This document shows positions 42,651 to 57,255 of a stretch of 64,000 nucleotides of DNA, piece after piece. The notes below the pieces were generated by a model. It was not told the DNA's origin. It ran no database searches and saw only the letters and a list, made by a program, of their open reading frames with translations. A program made the position numbers and the translations under genes. The stretch lies in the NCBI GenBank assembly GCA_964016885.1, contig OZ024755.1, forward strand, positions 2,914,001-2,978,000, written 5' to 3'. Each line of letters opens with the position of its first letter. The first letter of the stretch is position 1. This DNA is from Eledone cirrhosa. Its lineage: Eukaryota.

Positions 42651-45108
42651 TAGAATTGTTTAGAAATATGAAATAACTGAGTAACGTTGCTGGGATAGAA
42701 TTATTTAGAAATATGAAATAACTGAGTAACGTTGCTGGGATAGAATTATTTAGAAATATGAAATAACTGAGTAACGTTGCTGGGATAGAATTATTTAGAA
42801 ATATGAAATAACTGAGTAACGTTGCTGGGATAGAATTATTTAGAAATATGAAATAACTGAGTAACGTTGCTGGGATAGAATTATTTAGAAATATGAAATA
42901 ACTGAGTAACGTTGCTGGGATAGAATTATTTAGAAATATGAAATAACTGAGTAACGTTGCTGGGATAGAATTATTTAGAAATATGAAATAACTGAGTAAC
43001 GTTGCTGGGATAGAATTATTTAGAAATATGAAATAACTGAGTAACGTTGCTGGGATAGAATTATTTAGAAATATGAAATAACTGAGTAACGTTGCTGGGA
43101 TAGAATTATTTAGAAATATGAAATAACTGAGTAACGTTGCTGGGATAGAATTATTTAGAAATATGAAATAACTGAGTAACGTTGCTGGGATAGAATTATT
43201 TAGAAATATGAAATAACTGAGTAACGTTGCTGGGATAGAATTGTTTAGAAATATGAAATAACTGAGTAACGTTGCTGGGATAGAATTATTTAGAAATATG
43301 AAATAACTGAGTAACGTTGCTGGGATAGAATTATTTAGAAATATGAAATAACTGAGTAACGTTGCTGGGATAGAATTATTTAGAAATATGAAATAACTGA
43401 GTAACGTTGCTGGGATAGAATTATTTAGAAATATGAAATAACTGAGTAACGTTGCTGGGATAGAATTATTTAGAAATATGAAATAACTGAGTAACGTTGC
43501 TGGGATAGAATTATTTAGAAATATGAAATAACTGAGTAACGTTGCTGGGATAGAATTGTTTAGAAATATGAAATAACTGAGTAACGTTGCTGGGATAGAA
43601 TTGTTTAGAAATATGAAATAACTGAGTAACGTTGCTGGGATAGAATTATTTAGAAATATGAAATAACTGAGTAACGTTGCTGGGATAGAATTATTTAGAA
43701 ATATGAAATAACTGAGTAACGTTGCTGGGATAGAATTATTTAGAAATATGAAATAACTGAGTAACGTTGCTGGGATAGAATTATTTAGAAATATGAAATA
43801 ACTGAGTAACGTTGCTGGGATAGAATTATTTAGAAATATGAAATAACTGAGTAACGTTGCTGGGATAGAATTATTTAGAAATATGAAATAACTGAGTAAC
43901 GTTGCTGGGATAGAATTATTTAGAAATATGAAATAACTGAGTAACGTTGCTGGGATAGAATTGTTTAGAAATATGAAATAACTGAGTAACGTTGCTGGGA
44001 TAGAATTGTTTAGAAATATGAAATAACTGAGTAACGTTGCTGGGATAGAATTATTTAGAAATATGAAATAACTGAGTAACGTTGCTGGGATAGAATTATT
44101 TAGAAATATGAAATAACTGAGTAACGTTGCTGGGATAGAATTATTTAGAAATATGAAATAACTGAGTAACGTTGCTGGGATAGAATTATTTAGAAATATG
44201 AAATAACTGAGTAACGTTGCTGGGATAGAATTATTTAGAAATATGAAATAACTGAGTAACGTTGCTGGGATAGAATTGTTTAGAAATATGAAATAACTGA
44301 GTAACGTTGCTGGGATAGAATTGTTTAGAAATATGAAATAACTGAGTAACGTTGCTGGGATAGAATTATTTAGAAATATGAAATAACTGAGTAACGTTGC
44401 TGGGATAGAATTATTTAGAAATATGAAATAACTGAGTAACGTTGCTGGGATAGAATTATTTAGAAATATGAAATAACTGAGTAACGTTGCTGGGATAGAA
44501 TTATTTAGAAATATGAAATAACTGAGTAACGTTGCTGGGATAGAATTATTTAGAAATATGAAATAACTGAGTAACGTTGCTGGGATAGAATTGTTTAGAA
44601 ATATGAAATAACTGAGTAACGTTGCTGGGATAGAATTGTTTAGAAATATGAAATAACTGAGTAACGTTGCTGGGATAGAATTATTTAGAAATATGAAATA
44701 ACTGAGTAACGTTGCTGGGATAGAATTGTTTAGAAATATGAAATAACTGAGTAACGTTGCTGGGATAGAATTATTTAGAAATATGAAATAACTGAGTAAC
44801 GTTGCTGGGATAGAATTGTTTAGAAATATGAAATAACTGAGTAACGTTGCTGGGATAGAATTATTTAGAAATATGAAATAACTGAGTAACGTTGCTGGGA
44901 TAGAATTGTTTAGAAATATGAAATAACTGAGTAACGTTGCTGGGATAGAATTATTTAGAAATATGAAATAACTGAGTAACGTTGCTGGGATAGAATTGTT
45001 TAGAAATATGAAATAACTGAGTAACGTTGCTGGGATAGAATTATTTAGAAATATGAAATAACTGAGTAACGTTGCTGGGATAGAATTATTTAGAAATATG
45101 AAATAACT
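42651..45108. repeat. 45-bp satellite, about 54.5 copies
   Basis: Unit tagaatt(a/g)tttagaaatatgaaataactgagtaacgttgctggga. Only one variable position is visible. Confidence 0.98.
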
Positions 45109-45131
45109 AGCACTCTTCAGTGTAAAAGAAA

Positions 45132-45180
<49 letters not shown>

Positions 45181-45662
45181 AAGTAAAAGTCGAAGATAGA
45201 AAAGTAAGCCAGTCTGTAAGCTACTAGTAATAGCGGGGTAGTGACTGAATATTTAGCAATCAAGCGGATGCCTGACAGCAATGAAACTAGGAAAAGCAAC
45301 ACCATATAGTGAATACAAACAAACATTGAAATAGTAGCAACAGTTCAAACGTCGACAAAAGTAACAAGGACACCAACGATCACAAGACTATCAAAATATA
45401 GGATAACACCAATATGAAGTAACGAAGTATTACAAAAACAAAACAAGAAAACCCCTTTAAAAAAAATCAGTAATACAAAATCGTCAAAGAATACTGACTA
45501 TGTTGACGACAGAATTCTGAGCAGCGGAAACTACAACAATAACAATAGACTATAAAAACTATAGCAACAAAAATAAGTATAAAATATATACACCATGATA
45601 GCTAAATCATGAACAAGGTCATAAAGGAGTGTAAGTATAAAGGTAAGCACATTATAAGTAGC

Positions 45663-45710
<48 letters not shown>

Positions 45711-46133
45711 GTATGTGTATATATACATGTATATATATGTATATGTATATATATATAAGTATATATATGTATATATATATATATGCATATATATATGTGT
45801 GTGTATATATATGTATATATATGTATATATATATGTGTATATATATATGTGTATATATATATATGCTACTCATATGTATATATATATATGTATATATATG
45901 TATATATATATATGTATATATATGTATATATGTATATATATGTGTATATATATATATATATGTATATATATATGTATATATATGTATATATGTATATATA
46001 TGTGTATATATATATATATATGTATATATATGTATTTATATGTATATATATATATATATATATATGCGTGTATATATACGTTTCTGACAATATCCATATA
46101 TTTCCGTGTATATAGAGGTATATATATACATAT

Positions 46134-46206
<73 letters not shown>

Positions 46207-47015
46207 TAAGTTTACGTATTTATTTGTTAGTCTGTTACTCGCTTGAAGGAAATTTTTTGAAAAATAGAAGCAGTCGCTCCATCTTTGCATGCATCTCTGA
46301 CATTTGTCTAAGACGTGATTGGCAAGAGAATTGCTAGGGAAGGAGATAAAAGTGTGTGACGACTAAATATAGCTCCGCCATTTTACTTTTGGCGCTGAAA
46401 ATACACATTGAGACGCAAACAGAAAACTCTTGAATGTAATTCGCCATTATTCACTTTTTACTCGTCAGATTCGTCGCCATATTAGTTTCAATGTGTATAG
46501 GTTTCTTCATTTTTATTATTTATTTTAGTTTTTTCTTTTCTATGTATATTATTTCTTTGTTAGTTTTCTAAACCCCCCCCCCCCCCACACACACACACAT
46601 ACACACCCATTTTAAAGCCTGTTAAGTGAGGTATGTATGAGCATAAGTATGTACAAATTTACATATATGTATATGTGTGAAATAGGTGCGCTTGTAGATG
46701 TGTATGTAGTTATGCATAAATGTATATAAATATATATATAGTAATAAATGTATATATATGTATGTATATACGTATACTTGCATATATATGTGTGTTAGTG
46801 TGTGTACGTGCATGTGGGCCAGTATTTTACTGTGTGTGAGGGTGATACCTTTACCTGTACATAAACACATTAGTATGTATGGAAAAATATTCTTGGTCTT
46901 CCTTTCTCCCACATTATATATATATGTGTGTGTGTGTTTATGTGTTTATATATATATATTTGTGTGAGTGTATATGTATATATTTATATATATATGTGTG
47001 TTTTTATATGTTTGT

Positions 47016-47046
<31 letters not shown>

Positions 47047-47456
47047 GTGTGTGTTTATGTTTTTGTATATATATGTATATATATGTGTGTACGTGTTATA
47101 TATATATATATATATATACAAGTCAACTCTATCTCTATCTAGAATATATCAGCGATCTTCTACAGTGCAATAGAGATGGGGATTATATTTGTAACACCAA
47201 TTTTCACAATGTATAGAACAGTTCTGTTGGTAAGACGCATACGTGACGAAATGTCAACGAAGGTGAGACAGAAATTTTGCGCGTGTGTTTTTAGTGAAAT
47301 AAATTCACAGAAAATTACGACTAGGAATTAATAATAACAGTCTCAGGACTGAATTAAGTCTAAAGACAGCATAAAGTCTTCTTCTTTCTTCGCTCTCTTT
47401 TCTTCTTAATGTATGCACAGCTACTATATATATAATATATATATATATATATTTAT

Positions 47457-47639
47457 GAAAAAGTATGACCCCGACGGCAGAGCTCAATCCGTTTCGACGG
47501 TTAATTTCAGTCCAGAAATAGCCGTCGAAACGGCTTGAGCTCTGCCGTCGGGGTCATACTTTTTCCTATTGCCCACTCTATTACCCTAAGCATTGAGTAC
47601 TCTGGTGCGTTATGGTCTACCTGGTTCCTTACCACAACT

Positions 47640-47643
<4 letters not shown>
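47457..47643 (+). mobile_element. Family A palindromic element in (TA)n
   Basis: Inverted arms around ttc-agtccag. GAAAcggc-ttgagctct-gccGTC-ggggtc, then the 3' hairpin. Confidence 0.9.
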
Positions 47644-47675
<32 letters not shown>

Positions 47676-47677
<2 letters not shown>

Positions 47678-47869
47678 GAATAAAAATAATGAATAAAAAC
47701 AAAGAAACAGTTCCTTATATTAAAAAATTCATCATTTTACGATAGTTTCTAGGATATATATATGTGTTGGTATGTATATCCTATGTAAAAGTTTTACAAA
47801 CTATCAGAGGGAATATACATACCTACACATATATATGCTATCTTCAGAAATAATTTTGGTAGATTTATC

Positions 47870-47872
<3 letters not shown>
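47676..47872 (-). mobile_element. Family E element (inverted arm plus a short 3' terminus of about 20 nt)
   Basis: Matches 59935-60118. 47853-47872 matches the family 3' end seen at 59799-59818 in the opposite orientation. Confidence 0.85.
47731..47854 (-). ncRNA. Type-I hammerhead with very long stem II (family E)
   Basis: auuauuu-CUGAAGA-uagc...ccua-GAAA-cuaucg-UA|aaaugau. The stem III palindrome has one mismatch. Confidence 0.65.
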
Positions 47873-47917
<45 letters not shown>

Positions 47918-48242
47918 CATAATATATATATATATAAAGAGAGGGAGAGGGAGAAGCTAGTAGAGATGCTGAGGAGGTGTGTGAGTATGTGAGAGGTAAA
48001 GTAAACCTTGGACTGTCCCATTCCCACTCTCTAATATAGAGAGGTAGGAACGCGATTGATGTTCAGCACTATTATATACACCGTCAGTCACCCGACATAG
48101 ATTTCAACAGCAACACCTCCAACACTACACCACGTATATAGATGTTTAAATATACACACACACACATATATATACTCTCACTCAGACACACATATACATA
48201 CACTCACATACACACAAATATTTAAATATACACACAGTGAGC

Positions 48243-48332
<90 letters not shown>

Positions 48333-48386
48333 CAAATAACCATACACGAAAACACACATAAATACACACATACAGTCCCCCCCCCG

Positions 48387-48429
<43 letters not shown>

Positions 48430-48987
48430 TGCATAGTCTCCCTACACACATACAGACGTACACATACACATACAGCCCCCGACGCACATACAGACGCACG
48501 CACACACATACACCCCCCACCACCACCACACACACACACACATACACCCACATAATCCCCCTACAAACACACATACAGCCTCTCCACGCGCACACACACA
48601 CACAGTACCCCCACACGCACAGCCTCTCCCCACACACATACACACATAGAGCAGAAAAAAAGCCATCAAATTTCATTTTTGCATCAATCACAGCATCATC
48701 AGGAATAGGAGAGCTAACTAAGCCTAACGATCACAAAGTTATCTATTGGCCATGTATATTACATAAAGCGGTCTTTTTGATCATGTCGTAGCATAAGCAC
48801 CTGAACAAGGAATCAGGTGTGAAATAATGGATTCCTTCCCCCTTTCATTTACTCTCAATTGGCACACCACTGAGGTTTAATTGGTGAAAGAAGGCGTACA
48901 AATCGACGACGCTTATGTACGCCATGTTGAATAATTGAATTCAATTGGTTTGCTATACGTATATGTATATATATATATATATATATT

Positions 48988-49072
<85 letters not shown>

Positions 49073-49292
49073 ATAAATATATATATATATGTAGGTATAT
49101 CTCTACCTATATATATATGTATATATATATTTGGCTTTTTGGCTTTTTTTTTTCGTTATCTTTTCGTATATTGGAGGTTTTGTCCGTGCGTATATGTATA
49201 ATTATATATATGTGTGTGTGTGTGCATGTATATATACATATTTATACAAGCATGTATTCTTCACCGAAAAACACACACAAAAACATACATAC

Positions 49293-49336
<44 letters not shown>

Positions 49337-49349
49337 GTTTATGTATGTA

Positions 49350-49391
<42 letters not shown>

Positions 49392-49654
49392 ATATATATT
49401 ATATATGTTCATATGTGTGGTTGACGTTTAATCAGTTTCAGCTCCTTCATTTATCCGTGTAGACACACACAGATACACACACATACACACATACACACAC
49501 ACACAGATAGACACACAGATACACACACACACAGACACACAGATATACCTCTGCATTCAAAGAGATACAAACATATTTACAAATAATAGGTCATACAATG
49601 AAACACGCACAAATTTAAATATATTTCACGCCTCTACTCCCAATGCGTGTGGCT

Positions 49655-49887
49655 CTCTCTCTCTCTATCTCTCTATCTCTTTCTCTCTATCTCTCTATCT
49701 ATCTTCTCTATATATCTACACTCTCTCTATCTCCTCCTCTCTCTCTCCCTCTCCTCCTTCTCTTTTTCTCTATCTATCTATATTCTCTCTCTCTATCTAT
49801 CTATCTTCTCTCTCTATCTTCTCTCTATATATATATCTTCTCTCTCTCTATCTTCTCTCTCTCTCTATCTTCTCTATCTCTCTATCT

Positions 49888-49918
<31 letters not shown>

Positions 49919-50360
49919 CTTCTCTCTCTCTCTATCTTCTCTATCTATCTTCTCTCTCTCTCTCTATCTATCTTCTCTATATATCTACTCTCACTCTCTC
50001 TCTCTCTATCTTCTCTATATATCTACTCTCACTCTCTCTATCTATCTTCTCTCTCTCTCTCTCTCTCTCTATCTTCTCTATATATCTACTCTCACTCTCT
50101 CTTTCTCTATCTATCTATCTTCTCTATATATCTACTCTCACTCTCTCTCTCTCGCTATCTGTCTATCTTCTCACTCTCTCTATCTATCTTCTCTATATAT
50201 CTACTCTCTCTCTCTCTCTATCTATTTTCTCTATATATCTACTCTCACTCTCTCTCTATCTATTTTCTCTATATATCTACTCTCACTCTCTCTCTATCTA
50301 TCTTCTCTATATATCTACTCTCTCTCTCCCTCCTCCCTCCCTCTCTCTCTCTCTCTCCCT
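49655..50360. repeat. (CT)n/(CTAT)n-derived polypyrimidine-rich array
   Basis: Recurrent ctatcttctctatatatctactctcactctct units. Confidence 0.9.
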
Positions 50361-50667
50361 TACACTCACTCCTACATCAACAGACCTATACAAAGCATAA
50401 CACAAACTACTGATATTATCTTTGAGTGACTTAATACAAACTGGCTTGGTAAGATCAACACGTTAGTGTCAACTAATTACCGTGATGATGCGTTTGTGTG
50501 TGTTGTTGATGTTGTTGTTGTGGTAGGGTGAGGGTGGTAAGGTGGGAGAGGCTGGAAATATTGGTGAGGAGAATTGTAAATTGAATAGATGGGGAGGTTT
50601 CGGTTCGTTGCTAAAGTGAGTGATAGGAGATAATCTGGTTCTTATTTCAATAGGGTTCATCATAGCA

Positions 50668-51106
50668 AACACACAGCTTTGTTGGTTAATATATATATAT
50701 ATATATACACACAGCTTTGTTGGTTAATATATATACACACACAGCTCTGTTGGTTAATATATATATATACACACACAGCTCTGTTGGTTAATATATATAT
50801 ATATATACACACAGCTTTGTTGGTTAATATATATATATACACACACAGCTTTGTTGGTTAATATATATATATACACACACAGCTTTGTTGGTTAATATAT
50901 ATATATATACACACACAGCTTTGTTGGTTTATATATATATACACACACAGCTTTGTTGGTTAATATATATATATACACACACAGCTTTGTTGGTTAATAT
51001 ATATATATATACACACACAGCTTTGTTGGTTTATATATATATATATATACACACACATACAGGCTGGTTGATTAATATATACACACACATGCAGACTGGT
51101 TGATTA

Positions 51107-51110
<4 letters not shown>
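50668..51110. repeat. Tandem repeat with fixed core gctttgttggtt and variable (TA)k(CA)k spacers, about 13 copies
   Basis: Directly visible. Confidence 0.9.
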
Positions 51111-51138
<28 letters not shown>

Positions 51139-51143
51139 ACATA

Positions 51144-51181
<38 letters not shown>

Positions 51182-51473
51182 TATATATGTATATATATAT
51201 ATATATATATATGTACATACATATATATAAATATATATATATACATACATACACACATATACATACACACATCGATATACTCACGCATACGAGGTAAGGC
51301 ATAAAGTCTGACAGACAAGCAGCCAGACAGATTGTGCGATTTAATGATTCATTCAGACATCATTAGGTTTGTCGGTTTGATGTGTGTGTTGGGTGGCTGG
51401 TAGGTTGGTATGTTAACATTTTCATGGAGACAATTGTACACAAAAGTATGTTTGTATGCACGTGTGTGCGTGC

Positions 51474-51514
<41 letters not shown>

Positions 51515-51691
51515 CACAAAATATTAAAACAATCAAATCTTAGTTTAATACATTTATTTGCTGACAATTGTTTCTTCCAGAGGTATGTCTGGAATCATCG
51601 GAGCATAGGGAATGTTTAAACAGGTGACTAAAATCCTAGTCTTCAGAACATTTAGGTAAATACATTAGGAAGATATATATATAAATATATA

Positions 51692-51871
51692 GTTTCTACT
51701 TTAGGCACAAGGCCAGCAATTACCCAGTGCATTACTGGTACTTTTTGTCGACCCCGTAAGGATGAAAGTCAAAGTCAACTTCGGCGGGATTTGAACTCAG
51801 ATCGTAAAGGGACGTAACTATGCTGGAAAGCATAGCATCCGACCCTCCACCGATACTGCCAATCCACCGCC
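51692..51871 (-). mobile_element. SINE copy, full length
   Basis: Reverse complement of the SINE at 3407 and 35481. Confidence 0.88.
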
Positions 51872-53286
51872 CTGTATATATAAATATATAGTGAGAGAGA
51901 GAGAGCTGGTGGAGGTGTTGCTGATGATGAATGTGGTTACGATAGTGAGCCTGATATGTTGAGCAAGAAGAAGCGCAACGACGACATCAACAACAATAAA
52001 GAGCAGCAGCAAGTGAAATATAATCTCGTGTAGCAAGAACGAGAACTTGGAAAATATGAAGAAATAATGCTGAATGCGGCGGTGATGGTAATGATGATGA
52101 TGATGATGATGATGACGTTGGTGGTGTTTGTAGTATTGATAGTTGAGGTTGTGGTGGTGTTGGTGGTGGAAATCGTTGTGGCGGTGATGTTGGTAGTTAT
52201 GGTATAGATGGTGGTGGTGGTGATGGTGGTGGTTATAGTATAGATGGTGGTGGTTATGGTATAGATGGCTATGGTGGTGGTGGTGGTGGTGGTGGTGGTG
52301 GTGGTTATGGTATAGATGGCTATGGTGGTGGTGGTGGTTATGGTATAGATGGCTATGGTTGTGGTGGTGGTGGTGGTGGTGGTTATGGTATAGATGGCTA
52401 TGGTTGTGGTTGTGGTTCTGGCGATGCTGGTAGTGAGAGGTGTGATGACGGCGGTGGTGGTTTTGGTTATGAAAAGTGAAAAAAAGGTAACAGAACCAGA
52501 ATAACAACAAAACAACAACAACATTACAGAACACAACACCACAGAAGCCTCATTTTTTTGTTTTTAAGATTTAAAGATAAGCATAATAATAATAATAATA
52601 ATAAATGTGAGAGCAATGAGAAGGAAAAAGCGAGGTTATTAATGGGTAAAGTTCATTAGTTGGAGACCCATCATCAATCAACTACTTGTAACCTAATAAA
52701 AGATATGGAGTTGACAAGACCCAAGTCCAAAGACGTCAGTTCCTCCAGTGTTGTGAGTGTTAGCCACTATCTTTAGTTTGTCTCTCGACGTTTTCTTGCC
52801 TTTTATTATTCATATATTTATTATTTGTTGTTGGTGTTGTTGTGGTGGTGGTGATGTGGTGTTGTTGTTGTGGTAGTGTGGTGGTGGTGTTGGTGGTGTG
52901 GTGGTGTTGTGGTGGTGGTGTTGTGGTGGTGGTGTGGTGGTGGTGTTGGTGGTGTTGTGGTGGTAGTGGTGTTGTTGTTGTGGTGGTGTGGTGTTGTGGT
53001 GGTGGTGGTGTGGTGTTGTGGTGTGTTGTTGTTGTTGGTGGAGGTGGTGTTGTGGTGGTGTTGTTGGTGTTGTTGTTGGTGCTGTTGGTGTTGGTGGTGG
53101 TGGTGTGGTTTTTTTACGTTTACCTTCATTTGGCATGTATTTATTTTCTGCTTCCTTTCGTTCTACCGATTCGTCCCACGGTGGCAAATTGTGCTTTACG
53201 GTCAATGTATTTGCGAAGCACACACACACACACACACACAAACGCACATAGCGAGACAGACAGAGAGAGAGAGATGCATACACACT

Positions 53287-53334
<48 letters not shown>

Positions 53335-53587
53335 AGTGAGAGAGACACACACATACATATATACATATATGCACGAACATAAACGCACACAGAGTGACAG
53401 ACAGGAAAATAGATAGATTTCTCTTTGCGTACCTACTCATTTATCATCAATTTCTAAGGATTTGTCTTGGTGTGTGTGTGTGTATGTGACTGTGTGTGTG
53501 TATCCATATGTGTATATATATATATATATGTGTGCGTGTGTATCCATATATATATGTGTGTGTGTGTGTATCCATATATATATATAA

Positions 53588-53633
<46 letters not shown>

Positions 53634-54001
53634 ACGTATGTATATATGTATGTATGCATGTCTCTCTATTACGTTACTCAGTTCAAACAAACATACAGAT
53701 GCAAATAGAAACAACATCAATTTACATCACTAACCACATTAGCCCTCAACACTTTGCTGTGGCTACGAACGATAAGCAAAGAGGAACCAGTTTCTACACA
53801 TATACAGAACTACAAGACAACGTTTGACCTGCTAGAAATCACAACAAAATCTACCTCAAACTTCATGTGTGTTTCATTAAAATGGAAGGACACACTGGAA
53901 AATGTTGTCCTAGATATATAAAAAGTTCAGATAAACTCAACTAGAGTAACATTTGAACCAACATTCACGATCATAGCTCACGATGAGTGAGCAAGAGATT
54001 T

Positions 54002-54082
<81 letters not shown>

Positions 54083-54644
54083 CACATATATATGTGTGTG
54101 TATACTTATGTATATATACATGTGTGTGTGTGTACTTATGTATACTTATATATATATATATGTATGTATATATGTGTGTGTGTATGTGTGTACATATATG
54201 TGTGTATGTCTATGTATATTACATATATATATATGTGTGTGTATATATCTATGTATATTATATATTTATAGATATATTATGCAAGAATTATAATTATAAT
54301 ATATATTCAATTGCAGCTCTTGCGTACGATGTACGTTCGTTCTCAGGGGGAGTTAGTAAAAACGGTAGCTTTTATCTTCCATATAATGTTTAACATGTAT
54401 GTCTCTTTATGTTAATTTTTAATGTCTATGTCAATTTATGTTTATGTTACCTTTATGATAATTTTTGGGTTAATGTGAACTGAAATCATGATTTTTCTCC
54501 ACGCAGCTTGGAGAACTTAACATCACTGCATATATACTAGGTCTATTCAACCATCTCATTTTATCTCCCCTCTTGTTTCTGATAGGCCGACATACAGGCA
54601 GCTCTGGTATACGACTAGAAATGGTGAAATAGAGCATGTTGAGA

Positions 54645-54680
<36 letters not shown>

Positions 54681-55053
54681 TGTGTCTTTAAAGATGAAAT
54701 CAATATGATAAAAAGAGAGACAGACAGAGAAACTATGATATATCAATTGATGAAGAGAAGGAAAAGACCGATAATTATCTGTATAGAAAACGATAGATGG
54801 ACAGACAGGTAGGGGGTGGGAGATAAATAGGTAGGTAGGTAGGTAGGTAGGTAGGTAGGTAGGTAGACGGGCAGGCCGACAGACAGATAGGTAGGTAGGT
54901 ATGTAGATAGTAGATAGGTAGGTAGGTAGGTAGGTAGGTAGGTAGGTAGGTAGGTAGGTAGGTAGGTAGGTAGATAGATAGATTCATTCATTCATCCTTT
55001 GATAGAGATTATAAACTATATAAAATTATATATAACAATCGAGGGAAAAGACA

Positions 55054-55097
<44 letters not shown>

Positions 55098-55994
55098 TTT
55101 TCTCTACAACGCTTTGGAAGTATTTGGAACAAAGAATTTATCTTTAAAAAAGAAAATGATTATTTATTCAAAGAGAAATATATTTCAAAGATTACGGGTG
55201 TAGCAATGTTTCAGATGAAGTTTCAGTCTTCGGATGACTCGTGTTGACGAACAAGTACACGATGAGCAATCTATTAAAGGGGATTAGATAGAATTTCCCA
55301 TTAATGCTGTCACGGGGTTTCTACCATAAACACATATATTATATTTCCTCGTCAGTATAATTAGGATATTCAATCACACCTGTATAATGAAAGATGCATC
55401 AGTAACGACACACCCAAGCGTGCAGAGGCTTTCATATTCGAAAATATATATATATATATATATATACATAATATATATATATATATATATATACATAATA
55501 TGTGTCGCTGTCTTCAGATCTATATATAGAGTCATTGTGTATGTCTATATATATATATATACCAATATATATAATCAGTTACAACTGTGACATATGCAAA
55601 TACTTAAGTTTCGTTGGGTTATGACTTTAACTTGATGGAATACATTTGTGGAGATGTTTAATAGTATAGGAGAGTTCTAAGTGCAGGGAATCCTAAAAAT
55701 TCTAATTAGTTAAATAAATAAATTATGGTAAACCTTATATATTTAAGCAAGAGAAGAGGGGTAAATTGTGTTCAGAGGGAGAACAAGTATATCGAACTCG
55801 AGTACCAAATGTAGTATATGTATTTTTTAACGTCATGACGCTTCTAGTCCCACACAATGTTTATATAAAATATCATCAAATCAAATTGTATAATACATCG
55901 AAGTTATTGTTTGGCAAATTTATGAATCTTTTGAAGTATATATATATATATATATATGTATTGTTAGTATATATATATTTATTGTTAGTATTAC

Positions 55995-56062
55995 GTTCGG
56001 CTTAGTACAACCCCAAAGTAGATATTGGAAACTACGCATCGAGTACACATTCTGGTGAACTT
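55995..56062 (+). mobile_element. Family I 3' end, second copy
   Basis: gcttagtacaaccccaaagtagatattggaaactacgcatcgagtac..ggtgaac matches 32722-32782. Confidence 0.65.
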
Positions 56063-56077
56063 TTATATATATATATA

Positions 56078-56112
<35 letters not shown>

Positions 56113-56477
56113 GTGGGGGGGGGGAGATTCAGTGCACCATCTCACTCTTTTCTCTTGATCTATTGAATTAGGAGAGTTGTCTCGAATTCCAAAGATTAGT
56201 TCTCCAGTGATGATGTAACCTTCAACAGTGAAATCAATTAAATAAGGCCAACAACGCCACACACATTGTTTCTAGTATAGTTTAATGTTTTATATCTTTT
56301 GTTTAGAAACTCACTCTGAGAATGACAATGACTCTCTCGTTTCAACAAATGCAGAAAGAAAGAAACTACTACAGCTACAAACATCAGACAAAACAATAAC
56401 TAGAAAAGAAAACAAAAAAATGAAGCATTACAAAGCAATAGCAACAACAGCAACAGCTAATATAGAAGCTACAGCTA

Positions 56478-56540
<63 letters not shown>

Positions 56541-56748
56541 ATTGTAGTGATAGTAAAGAAAGGGAGATATATATCAAATATGGTGTCAATGTTTACACTC
56601 AGTAATGGAGGCTGCCTTTAAAAGTAAGTAATAGCCTCGCTTTGTGCTGTTGTGAGTTTTAAGGAAATAAATTTAATTAAACGCATTGAAATGACAGTTC
56701 TGCACATGAATATTGATAGATAATATTGATAGCGAAAAGTATTAGCGG

Positions 56749-56782
<34 letters not shown>

Positions 56783-56837
56783 CTTTAAATAACCTTGTAT
56801 TCTGTGATGAAATAGTTTAGTGCACACACACTCACGC

Positions 56838-56874
<37 letters not shown>

Positions 56875-56875
56875 G

Positions 56876-56927
<52 letters not shown>

Positions 56928-56993
56928 CTATTATGCACTCGCGCTTCAAACTTGATATTCGGGATAACTTATATATATATATAATGGACAGTC

Positions 56994-57061
56994 AGCTCCC
57001 TGATACTTTCTCACGAGTGAAACAGTTCTAGTCATGTAGAAGCTCTTCTATATTAAAACTT
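56994..57061 (+). mobile_element. Family B degenerate hammerhead fragment in (TA)n
   Basis: agctcc-CTGATAC-tttctcacgagt-GAAAcagttctagtcatgTA-gaagct. Confidence 0.7.
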
Positions 57062-57071
57062 ATATATATAA

Positions 57072-57119
<48 letters not shown>

Positions 57120-57162
57120 TTATCGAGTTTGAAGCGCCAGTGTATTATAATTCATAAAATAA

Positions 57163-57255
57163 TTGTTTCTACTTTTGGCACAAGGCCAGCAATTACCCAG
57201 TGTATTACTGGTACTTTATTTTATCGACCCCGTAAGGATGAAAGGCAAAGTTAAT
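57163..57255 (-). mobile_element. SINE copy, 5'-truncated
   Basis: SINE core match. Confidence 0.85.

Noticed and set aside
42651-45108. CRISPR-like array (also 320-2725, 41194-42350 and 50668-51110)
   Set aside because: Head-to-tail units without unique spacers, eukaryotic context and no cas genes.
48660-48708. CTGATGA...GAAA on the minus strand (similar partial hits near 40719, 46464, 51640, 55329 and 55511)
   Set aside because: Stems I or III cannot form, or GAAA is missing. Treated as chance matches.
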